From NCBI RefSeq assembly GCF_000143415.4, contig NW_003314319.1:834365-898364 (forward strand): 64,000 nt of DNA, given 5' to 3'. Below the pieces are notes generated by a model, which made no database searches, was not told the origin of the DNA, and saw only the letters and a program-made list of their open reading frames with translations. Of the stretch, positions 25,715-37,113 are shown in pieces; within the stretch, counting starts at the first letter, position 1; the number at the start of each line of letters is the position of its first letter. The position numbers were made by a program, and so were the translations under genes. This DNA comes from Selaginella moellendorffii. Lineage: Eukaryota; Plantae; Lycopodiophyta.

Positions 25715-28700
25715 TCAGACTGTTATTTTTTGCCTCCAACGCCTATACAATAATCTTGGAATTTCATCACTCTCCACACTATCAGGATTTAAACCCAATA
25801 GTAATGCCATCTCTTCTCTAATACGTCCACGCTCATGTTCAGTGGTCGAAGAACCCATCCGGTTGAGCAGATTATGGAGATGCGGATAGTGCTTGGCTAG
25901 ACAATATACATGCCATAAATGATGACTGGTGTCTGTCCGATCAAATGGCTTCTGATATACCGTTCCATCTGCCATTTGGTTGATTTCTGCAGCCACCTCC
26001 TGGACTGGCCGGTTCTCTATCACCATCGCTCCAAGCCGTTTTGCAAGGTCCCCCAGAACATACGGTTTCTTCTCCCTAGTTTCCATACTGCAAGAGATGG
26101 GGTGCACTGCATATGTGTGCGTGTTCGCTGCAGTTTTAATCGGCGAGTCATCGATGATGAGGATTTCACTTGAGCTAGCAGTCCGGTTCATCACTACAGC
26201 CTCTGGCTTGACGAAGATGGGCTTGCTACCCCTCACATGGACCATAGTCAAGCAATCCTCCTGCGTTAGGAGAAAGTCAAATGGTAATATTACTCGCGTC
26301 TGATCGTGCATCATCTGTAGCAACGTTAATGCATTGTGGCGCATCATGGATGTCCAAACTCCCAATTGCAAATTGAACCCGGCCCTCTGTTTTAAGTGTC
26401 GCATGGTCATTATTAGATCCCGCAGTTTCTCCCGTGTGATTAATGTGAATCTGTCTCTTTTGACCAACTTGCGACCGCAGGCTTTGGAGGGTGCAATGAC
26501 ATTCGAGGACGAGCCACGCTCATGGGAGAAAAGGACACCGTTCAGATCAAAAACGATACAGTACCTTCGCCGTGACTCTGAAATGAAATGCGTCAGCATA
26601 AAAAATGGTACAAGTCAATTTTACCATCTACAATATTAGCGAATGTTGCTCCCGATGGTCGTTGAGAGGGTTTTGGTCGAGGAAACGTGAAGGGCGGAAA
26701 TACTCTCCTCTGCAATGTGGGGTCAATCGCATCCGATGGCGTGTGGGCACATGCCATTTCAGCTGTAGACTCTGGTACAACTGGCTCAACAGTGGCATGG
26801 GGTGGTTCCGATGGCGTGTGATCACACGCCATTTCAGCTGGTGCCTCCGTTGGCAAAGTGGACATGACCGAACAAGCAGCAGGGGCGGTGTAGGGAGGTT
26901 CCAACGGCGCGTAGTCAGACGATTGGGCACACGTTGAGTCCATTGGAAATGAGGATACGACCGGCTCGGCGGCTGGGGCGGCCTCATGTGGGTCCAATGG
27001 CGCCTGGTCACCGTCAGTTGGATACGTGGACAAGATTGACTCAGTGGTATGGGCAGCATCAAGTGGAGCGTGGTCAGCTTGCTTGGCGTTGATATGGATA
27101 GTAGCCTCCACCAGCTCTGATGACTCTTGCAGCCAAGTAGAGTCCACTGGCGGATCCATATGCATGTCCAAATATCTCCCTTCGATTGAGATGGTATCCT
27201 CCCGTGCTACTAAAAACAAACTCATTAGCACATTGAATCGACTATACTGTATTTACCATCAACTGCTATTGAGGAACTAGGACCGATATCACTTGAGCGC
27301 ACTGCTGATTCTGAAGGATTGGACATACGTTTCGACCCTTGCTTGGCACTATCCTTCCTCGACACTAAAGGCTAGAGTTTGTAAATTCAACTGAATAATC
27401 TCTACTTACCATTTGCTCTGCGACCTACATGGACAATGTTAGAAATGGTAAAAGGTTAGGAATGGATGTATTATTATTTACCTGATGGTTTGTCTTGTAT
27501 GACCTTCCTCCGCCGCTCTTTGGCCACCTCAGGCTGGCCATCGTCGTCATCATCGTCGTCGTCGTTATTGTGATCGTCACCATTGTGAGGACCATCCAAG
27601 TCCTCTTCGTCCTCCTCTTCTTTGTCCTCCTCTTCTTTGTCCTCCTCTTCGTCCTTCTGCTCTTCTTGCTCATTATCTTTCTCTGGCTCCTCATCCCCCT
27701 CCTGCATTTCTTCCATAGGCTGCTCAGGCTGGATGGCTTGTTCTTCCAGGACCATCTTGGGAAAATCATCTGGCCGAGTCTCCATCTCAAAATACAAGAC
27801 ATCCATAGCTTGTTTTAGTGCGTGACCTAGGACCGTATCCTCACCCGACTGTCTTAACATGGTTTCTGCACGTTCTTGCACCCTTCGAAGACGACGAGAT
27901 GAGAAAAACGTGGCCCTGCCTTGAAAAGCTTCCCTCATCCATTGTACCTCTCCATTGAGATTGGGGAAGGGGAGTCCGCCATAGGAATCTGAGTCATGAG
28001 GTGGTGACTGCCTGCTTTCACTCAGCCCTTGATCTGCAATGAATGGCATGAGCACACACGCCATAACCGCGAGGCATTACCTATCATCNNNNNNNNNNNN
28101 NNNNNNNNNNNNNNNNNNNNNNNNNNNNNNNNNNNNNNNNNNNNNNNNNNNNNNNNNNNNNNNNNNNNNNNNNNNNNNNNNNNNNNNNAATCAAACGCCT
28201 CTGATCTCGACGACTGTCCAACGTGCTTTCGCTTTTTATGACCACTGTCAGTTTGAGCTTGGCTGGTGCTTGCCTGTTTTGCCTTTGAAGAAGTTTCTCC
28301 TGCAAGGAATGGCATGAGACCACACGCCATTGCAAATATAATTTGTACCTCCTTTTTTCCTATTGCTTTTCTGTTTGTCCTTCTTCGATGCGCCACCAGT
28401 GCGCTTTTTAGTCCTCGTGTCTAAATATTCACAACGATCTATAATCAAAATGGCGTGAGGCCTCACGTGACCTTACCTTGTGCAGGTTGTGAGCTCGGCC
28501 CAACATGGGTATCTTCAAAAGTAGCTGTTAACGCCGTTTCAGCATCTGGGGGTGGCCACGCTCCTGCATACAGAGCTTGTGAGATAACATTTAAACTTAA
28601 AGTGTGTACTCACCAGGTTCGCAGAGAAGATACTGTTTTTCTTTGGCAACTGTAATTATATGCTCCATTGAAGTCATCTCTTCAATGGAGTTTGTCACCG

Positions 28701-31412
28701 CAACACAAGGGACACCCTTGAGTAGTGCGGCTCGAAAGAATAGTCCGCCGCAGTTGTACTCGACAACGCATTTGCCCTTGGAGTCGGAAGCAGATGACCC
28801 ACCCGCTATTGCGTTGAAGACCCAGCTGAGCATTTCCCATGCTGCACCTGGAGCTTTCTTTGGATTCGAAAGCTCCATAGCCGTCTTCAGTTCCTCAGGC
28901 ACGGGTAAATTGACCTCCCTCAGATCAATTCGATTGGCCTTGTCGAACGAAGCTGGGAAGTCACTCCAGTCCCACTCTGCTGCAGGACCAATAACAAGGG
29001 CGAGTGTGAAGATGCGGACATTCGTCGGTATCTTCTTCTTAGCCATTATCCCATGGATCTCCCGCATCTCCTTGCCTTTCAACCGAGCCTTCACCTCGTT
29101 CAAGGCCTTCCAGAACTTGTGATAGGATTCGGAGTCGTAGATCATATAGTGGACTGAAGATTCCACCTCCGCAAGTCCCACCATTAAGTCAATGATGGAG
29201 CTGACTTCGTCTGCATGAGTGATCTCCTCGTTTGTGAAGTCCATCACACAAAAGATGTTCTTGACCTGCTCATCTCCGCGGGAAACGATGCTCCTCCACC
29301 TTTGATCCTCATCCGAATTCAAGTATACCCGGTAAGGTTCTCGATAGGCCTCTGCTGCGGGGTCGAGCTGTTTCTGAAGCCGGCGGTCGACATCAATCTT
29401 AATGAAATTTGGATACTGATCCAACTTCTCAGCTTTACTTTTCGTGGCATCCCGCAGCAGATCGATGAACTTGGGGGCCCCCTTCACGTACTCGTCGATG
29501 TCTTCATTTGACAACTCCAGCGCTTCCATCATCTCTTGCGTGGTGTCGATGCTCACCCTCTCCACGGCCACTTGCTCGAAGATCCAATCCTTCAATAGCG
29601 CACGAGCTCTCAGAGTCGTGCACAAGTCCTCGTATGTCACAATATGGCCGGGAGTCATTTTGGTCTTGTTGAAGACAACCTCACCACGTAGAAGAGCATT
29701 AACCACTGTCAGAAGGTCGTCGTCGTCTAGAGACCGCGAGAAACGCAAGGCGTTGAGCTTCAAATCATTGGGCTTCCGGCCGTCCTCCACACCCATTGAG
29801 TTTGGCAACTCCCCGTCATGGTACCTCCTCAGCACATCTACCCATTTGTCAAAAACAACTTTTGTTGCGAGTAGAATGTTATGGATGCTGAGTGTGTCAT
29901 TGACCCCCAGTGTTTTCGAGAGAAGACTCGAGAATTCCTGCAATGGAAATGGCGTGAGGCCACATGCTATGCCACATGCAACGAGGCTTACCTGCCAGGC
30001 GCTAGTTGCTAGTGCACGTCCTTGTCCTGGTTTTTGTGGCTTCTTCAGTTGAACCCAGAGCTTCCGTGTTCGTGCCAATGTCTCGTGCAGACCCGATTTG
30101 TAGCACGTTTCTTGCTTGACATTCTGCGCGTGGGAGATGTATATGATAGATCGGAGGGGCGAGTTGCCTTTTATCAGGCGGACAACTCTTGTCTTGAAGA
30201 CTTTCTTCACCTCCTCGCCCACCATAATATCCACAACTATCTCTTGCATCGCCAAGCTAGAATGCTGCCCGGAGACGGCATAGAACCGGATGTTCTGATC
30301 GTCCAACACCTTCCTATTGATCAAGTCTGGAAACCTCGTCTCGCCCTTCATTGTTCGGTAGTAGGGGATCACGTCTGCGATGTCGGGTGTTACTGGACTT
30401 GCCAGCATCTTCTGCTTCAGTTTCTCCACCCACTCATCAGATACTAGCCTGTGGTTGTATTTGCTTTGGATGTCGATACGGCTCACGTCGATTGTATATA
30501 CATTGTTGGAATAGTAACAAGTACTATTATCTGCGACGATTTTTGCTGCCTCTTCTTGCTCTTTCTGCTCTTTGCGGCTCTTCTTTTTGGTGGGTGTAGT
30601 GTTCGAACCCGAGGCAATGGCATCACTGAGTAGCTTCTTTTTTGGAGCAGGAGAGTCGGACGTCGGCTTGAGCTTGACCACCCTTTTCTGCTTTGAGGTA
30701 GTTTCCAGATCGACCCCCTTCCCCTTTGCTTCGCGAACTGGAGTCACTCTCAACGGCTCAATGTTGGAATATAGTTTTTGAACATCGCCGTAGGTGAGGT
30801 CCGTGGATTCCATGTGATCTTCATAGACCCGCAGCGTCTTTGAAATTGTGGGCCTCCTGGACAACCTCTCCCTAGCTCCCTCTAGGAATTCCTCATAGCC
30901 GCTGCCCCCCTCCGGGAAGCCGCTAGGATGTGCAAGGTGGATCTTGAAGGCAGACGCTGTCTCTACCACAAGTGCCAGTCCATATTCTTGCATGGAACTG
31001 CATGGAGTGTCTGTCACTTGGATGAGGATCCCCATGCATTCTTTTCTCCCACCATCTGTGTTGTACAGCCTCAGATCCTCGCCTTCTATCCCGAAAGTCC
31101 AACTGGTGAGCTCCTCCCCCTTCTCTGCATCCACATTGACAGTGGCTGGAAGAAGAACGCAATTCCTCGCCTGTTCAGAAATGCACAACAATTAGAGCTG
31201 ACAGATGAAAAGCTAGTAGCTGGAAATAACGTGAGGCCACACGCCATTCACCACTGCATCAGATGTCTTGAGGCTGCATCCTAAGATGGCGTGAGGCTAC
31301 ACGCCATCTGTAACCGGACTGCACTCGAGAGCCCAATCGGTGCATGCCAATGTTGCTACTGAATGGCATGTGGCCTCATGCCATTTTCTACTTGGCCTAA
31401 AAGACTTACCAT
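25715..31412 (-). CDS. TE cargo gene, 11 exons, ~1,670 aa: ParB/Srx-like domain, degenerate amino-MTase-like fold, basic/acidic linker, C-terminal FCP1/SCP-type HAD phosphatase
   Basis: Exons 31412-31410 (ATG), 31170-29992, 29937-28614, 28563-28477, 28420-28349, 28299-28081 (contains N gap), 28033-27482, 27424-27410, 27364-27257, 27209-26625 and 26577-25715. All introns are GT-AG and the frame is open across each junction. Motifs: RLVSDEWVEKLK...FYAVSGQHSSLA; IVFDLNGVL...GVWTS...QEDC...KP...LIIDDSPIK. Confidence 0.75.
28089..28188. other. Assembly gap (100 N) inside the cargo gene
   Basis: Run of N; true size unknown. Confidence 0.99.
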
Positions 31413-31609
31413 TTGAAGCCGAATGGAGGCGTGACAACCGGACTCGCTGGCGAATGTGCACTGTGTGTGCAGCGGATTGTAGCAGCAAGGCTACTCTGCC
31501 ACTTACAGTTGGAGAGTGGCGCTGAAATCTCCTGGGACGCCAAGTGGGCTGCGTGTGGGTGGCGGAGTGGGCGGCGGAGTTGGCGGCGAAGTTACAAACT
31601 GGGTGTGTC

Positions 31610-31750
31610 TTGAAGTGGACGCCGATGCACACGAGCGCGATGCGAGCACGAGTGGACGCCGATGCACACGAGAAACCTGTAGAGAAGTGGGAGCGCGAGT
31701 GGGAGCGCGATGCGAGCGCGAGTGGGAGCGCGATGCGAGCGCGAGTACGA
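31610..31750. repeat. CpG-rich short tandem repeats (GCGAGTGGGAGCGCGAT-like) upstream of the cargo gene
   Basis: Repeated GAGCGCGATGCGAGC and GTGGACGCCGATGCACACGAG units. Confidence 0.75.
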
Positions 31751-32645
31751 AGCAAAATGCAAAACCTAACCTCACACGCGCGAAATGTCACGACGGTTGG
31801 TAATCCCGCCACGTCATCATTTCTCGGACTTGGGCGCCACCATTAATTTCTGGATCGGCGCGCGCATGCGTGAAATCCAAAAGAAATCCGCAACGTCATC
31901 ATTCCTCGGACTGCATGCACGCGAAATCCAAAAGAAAGATCATGATTGGGATATCATTTAATACCCTCGCTATATTTATACCATGCATGATTGGATATTC
32001 CAAAGCATCTTGTATTTCCAAAAATGCCAGATGTTCAGCTAAATAAATTGTCAGAGGATTTGATGTGACGTTCAAGCATGTGGGCTCATGCAATTTTGAA
32101 CCAAAAAATGCACCAAAAAATGCTCGGCGTCATCTGGCGTTATCTCTTGAATGGCGTGGGGCCGCATGCCATTTTCAGGAGCACATAGGAGTATATTCCT
32201 AGAATATTCTGACACGCGCGAGATTGTTTTGAGTTTCCTGGAGATCCAACCGTTAGATCGCAACTAGATTTTACAGAATGGTATACAATGTCCTTCTTGA
32301 TGACCCTGCAAAGAAGCATCTCGATCGGACACCACATGAGACCACACGAGCCTTACAATGTTTCAGGGGCATTTGCCATAGATCCGACCGTTATTTTGCT
32401 CCAAGATTCTACAGTTTGGTGTGCATTGACCTTTCCATCGACACTGCAAAGGGACATCACAATCAGATGCGGGATCACAAGAAACCAACTTCACTAACTC
32501 TAGTTTCACCAAGATCTACGTAAGGAGTTATGAAATGAAAGGACCCTCTCTATTGAAATGTGTTTATGGTCCTAAGGGCATTGTGACATATCAAAGGATT
32601 TTGCATCAAGTTCTGTATTTGCATGTTTATCAAGCTACTGAATTG

Positions 32646-32678
32646 CTAAACCCTAAACCCTAAACCCTAACCCTAAAC
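32646..32678 (+). repeat. Interstitial plant telomere repeat / telo-box cluster, (CCCTAAA) x~4.5
   Basis: CTAAACCCTAAACCCTAAACCCTAACCCTAAAC. Confidence 0.9.
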
Positions 32679-33474
32679 ATGTGGCAAATGCTGCGTGAAG
32701 AAAGATGCCCTTTCTGGGCAAATGCTGTAAGAGGCAGATGCCGAGCAGATGTATCTCAGGCTAGCGAAGGGGATAAACGAAAGCTAGCTATAAACATGAC
32801 GGGATGCAAATAGATTACTAGGCTGGTCCTGCGAAAATCAAAAACCATAATTGAAAACATTGAAAATGCAAAAAGAAAGGTTTATAATATTTTTGAATTT
32901 TAAGCAACCAAAGGAATGTAAGTAGGGCATGTGTTTGTAAGTTTAAAAATGCCTCAGCCATATAAATTCCCAAGTAAATAAAGTTGTTTCTATTTTTGGT
33001 ACAGGTAAACTTTATAGCGTGTGGGCTCATGCAATTTTGAACCCAAAAATGCACCAAAAGATGCTCGACTAGCATTATTCTTTGAATGGCATGTGGCATT
33101 ATATTGCCATAAATGGACGTACACACACAGCATAATTATTCCTTTACACGGCGAATAATCTTGGCGCGGATCGCTGACATGGCATGGCAAAGTTCGAATC
33201 ACTGACATGGCACAGCTGGATCGAGGCAAGGACATGATGTGACAAAGTTCAACCTCCGACAGCAAAGTCTAGAAGCTACTCAGTTTGAAATTTGTCAGAG
33301 GAATCATAAGATCTGGTTTGTCAGAGGATTTGATGTGACGTTCAAGCGTGTGTTATTTTTGAATTCTCGAACTCATTCCTAGGTCTATCATTTTTGTGCG
33401 CCGTGTTCTTGGTTCCGCTGAGCGCAGTGAGCGCTGCTTGTGTAAGCGGCGTTGTGAGCTGTGGTTTATGCGTC

Positions 33475-33610
33475 TACGAGCGATTGCGGCATTGCGAGCG
33501 CCATTGCGAGCGGCAGTTTATGCGAGTGGCAGTTTGTGCGAGCGGCGCTACGAGCAGTTGCGGTGTTGCGAGCGGCGCTACGAGTAGTTGCGGTGTTGCG
33601 AGCGGCACTG
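33475..33610. repeat. CpG-rich tandem repeats (GCGAGCGGC...) upstream of the transposase
   Basis: 30-bp unit GCGAGCGGCGCTACGAGYAGTTGCGGTGTT repeated, plus shorter GCGAGCG units. Confidence 0.75.
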
Positions 33611-33972
33611 TCTTTGGTGTGGCTACCGCTTCCTCTTGATATTCGGCACTTGTGCTTCCTGGTATGTTCACCATGGAATGGTTTAGGACCACATTTAGAA
33701 ATGGCATGAGGCCACATGCCATCTTGGGCCCTTGCAATTTCATGGCTAGCGTATTGTCATGTATGTTTTTACTTGCCTGCAGCTGTGTGTATATCAAGAT
33801 GGCATGAGGCCTCATGCCAATTTTGTGAATGCGAAATTTCATGTGGGTGTCAATAGCATGTTTGAATAATGGCATGTGGCCTCATGCTATTGAGGTTGTT
33901 TGGTATGTTATGATTTAGGCCATTCTCCAATCATTTTTTGTATGGTCTTAACTTCTTTTCTGCACTTTCAGA

Positions 33973-36900
33973 ATGGCCTTCAGGGTTGGGGAAAAGGTTT
34001 ACATTTTGAATGGTGGGAAGAGAGTTGCAAAAGGGACCCTTGTGTCTATGGATCGGAACTTTGTTATACACTGTCAAAGGCTTGGGGAAGGCAATGCTGC
34101 TGTATCAGTAGAGACTGTCTTCGATGGGAATGTGGTCGCTATTGAACGAGGAGAGATGGTCGTCGGGGTAAAAGTTGTTGTTGCCTTGAAAAATCTTCAG
34201 AAGAAAGCAGATGTTGGGGACAGCGCAAGTGCGACGCATGTTCCCTCCGTGGATCTTAAGAACCGTGCTACATGGATTCAGGCAAAGGTGTTTCTAAACA
34301 ACCCCGAAGGGGAGGTGGTAGCTGAGGGCTTAGCCACAGTTGTCGATCCAAGAGATGCGGTTGCTAATCAAGAATTGGGCTGGGATGATATTGGAGTTGC
34401 AATTTTAGAGGTTGTTGACACAGAAGAAAACAGTCTGACTATTGGAAGCATTGTGCGGTGGAAATTGAGGCATTTAGTGTTTGAGAATGTGAAGGATTCA
34501 CAATCAAACACCACTACAACTGATGACAGAACATCTCTTCATGGGAAAAGAAAGTACACCTTCCTACAGCGCAGCCAAAGGGATCTGAGCAACGAACCGA
34601 AAAGGCAGAAAATGGCGATGGAGGTTCGAATGGTCTCGACAGTTGCTTGTTGCAAGAGGAGGTGCTGTCAACATGCTGATTGGGATGCTATTGAAGAGGA
34701 GAGAGCAAGATACAAGACATTGTCCTGGAAGGCAGCTCGCAATTTTGTGTATGAGGCATTACGGTCATCTGTTGATGCTTCAGAACATCAGGTGGGGGGC
34801 ATGGTCTTCCAGAGGGGTTTGGTCTGCATGAAGGCATGGAGAATCATTTATGGAGTCCCTCGAACCACATTCTACAGAATCAAAACTGAGTTCGAGGAAC
34901 AAAGGGTTCAACAGGCAGTCCATGGGAACGACGGTACGCACAAAACCAGGGGTCATGTTGTATATGGAGAGGCAATCTTCAAGAGGTTTGTCGAGACATG
35001 TAGCGAGCAGCAACCACATAAAACCCGCCTCTTGGAAGATGGAACACGAGACACCCAACAAGTTCTCCCTTCCATGTATACCAAGGGGGCCATATTGGAA
35101 GATGTGAATCGGGAACTCCAGAGTAATGGCTACAGGAAGCTGAGCCAATCTAGATTTAGTAGATTGTGGAGCAACAGGTTCAGGGATGTGAGTATAGGAA
35201 AGTACTCCAGCTTTTCAAAGTGTGACGAGTGCACTGCTATCAAAATGGCTTTGTCGAAGAATTCTTGCAGCGCTCAAGAGCGAGAGACGTTGGTTAGAAG
35301 GCGGCTCGACCACAACATCGAGCAGAGAAGCTGCAGGACTGCATATTATCATAACAGGATTCTCTCCATGGAGAGACCTGACTCTTACCTCTGCATCATC
35401 CACAACAAAATGGATCAGAAAAAGACGTGCTTACCTCGACTCAATCCTGCCCCCAAGGCAATCTCTTCATCCATGCAGCTGCCTGTGTCTCTGTTTGGCA
35501 TAATCGCTCATGGGCATGGTGCCCAGAACTATGGGAACTTCTTTGTGCCTCTATGGGGTGGCGGGGGTGCAAACATGATGATTGCGTCCTTAGCAAAACA
35601 CTTAAGGTCTCTGCAAAGTGCGCAGACTGAGCTGAACGGCCAACCCTTGCATAAGGCCCTTGTCGATCGAACCCCATACAGGGTTCAGCTGGAGGAGGAG
35701 CAAAGGCTTGCAGTATCGCGTGGGGCCCCATGCCATCCTAGTGAATATGTTGGCCGTCAGATTGTAGGGTTATCACGTGAGGCCTCATGCCATTACGACG
35801 AGGCTGGTCGCCCGGTGAATGCACAGCCTCATCCAAACGAAGCAGAATCTCAAGGAAGTTCTTGCGGCCGATGTGGCCTTCCACCCCATCTTCTGCTCCA
35901 AACAGACAATGCTGGCAGTGAGAACAAAAACATGTACGTCTTCGCGTACTTGGCGATGCTTGTTGCCAAAGGCATATTTGAAACGGTTACACTTGGCTTT
36001 CTCATGGTTGGGCACACTCATGAAGACGTCGATGCCATGTTCAGTCACCTGGCAGAGTCCCTCCGGCGATCCAATGTCCTCACCCTCCCACAACTCTACG
36101 ATGAATTCCAAAATTGCATCAAAGGCACTGTTGAAGCTGCACTTGTGACAGAGGTTCCAGACTTTAAGGGGTTTGTAAGAGGCTACATCAGGGACGGATC
36201 CGAAACGCTGATTGGCCACTCCAAGCCTCTTCAGTTTCATTTCAGCATGCGTGACGGTGCTCCAGTGATGAGGTACAAGATGAGAGAATGGGACACAGTG
36301 TGGCTGCCAGTGGATGGCATTGAACTCTTCAAGAGAGATCCCATAATTGGGGAACCTATGATTCCTCAGGGTTCCCCACGGCCGATGCACCCGGATGGAC
36401 TCAAAGACCAGGAAAGTATAGTGGCCGGGATTAGACAGCATATTGCCTTCTGGAAGAGGGGGTTGGTGTTTGGTGGAGAATCCTATTTTAAGAGGTGCAA
36501 GCCTTTGCTCGAATACTGGGAGAAGATTATATTTGCTATCCAAAATGGGCCGGTTGTATATGAAGAATTGGAAGAGTCCTTTTGGCCAGAACCCAGAGCA
36601 CCAGATAGTAGCGGAACAATGTCCTCTGGAAATGCAGTGACAGATAACGATGTTGAGGATCACTATTGTGGGCCGAGGAACAAGAAGCCGGATTCAGCAT
36701 TCAATCCAGTACAGGTCTGCAAAGGAATGGTCGTGCTTGTCAGACCCAGTAATAAAAAACAAATGATATAGGTGGGGCGCTGCATCACTGATGCAGAGGA
36801 GGACGCGGAAACTAACTCCTTCAATGTAACTGTGGAGTGGTTCAAGCCAAGTTCCGGATATACGAAGGATTGCCTAGAAAAGAGATGGGTGCTGAATCCA

Positions 36901-37113
36901 AGGGATCCCAGCATGAGCATATCGGTGGATAATGTTGTGCATGGTTGGATGCGGAAGCAGAGTGCCACCATCACCTTGCCAGACCATGCAAGAGATGCAG
37001 CAAGAGCATTCATAACCCGGGTTCAAGGTGAGATTCATTAATATTCCTTTACTAAGTTTCTAATGTATTTTATTTCAAGGTGAACAATCCGAATCTGAAT
37101 CAGAGGAGGCGTG
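33973..37113 (+). pseudogene. Sola-like (DUF7869-type) DDD transposase. 932-aa ORF to a premature TAG at 36769-36771, frame continues to ~37027, then a short last exon
   Basis: Motifs CCKRRCC, VCMKAWRIIYGV, FSKCDEC, CIIHNKMDQKK, LLLQTDNAGSENKNMYVFAYLAMLV and FLMVGHTHEDVDAMFS. Two N-terminal SH3-like repeats (VAxG...DP/DR...LG). The gene lies between matched TIRs. Confidence 0.8.

Noticed and set aside
32646-32678. True telomere or chromosome-fusion site
   Set aside because: Only ~4.5 units, lying inside an intact TIR-bounded element.
35785-36663. 292-aa antisense ORF, and similar antisense ORFs over pol and the cargo gene
   Set aside because: Shadow frames of real coding sequence, with no motifs.
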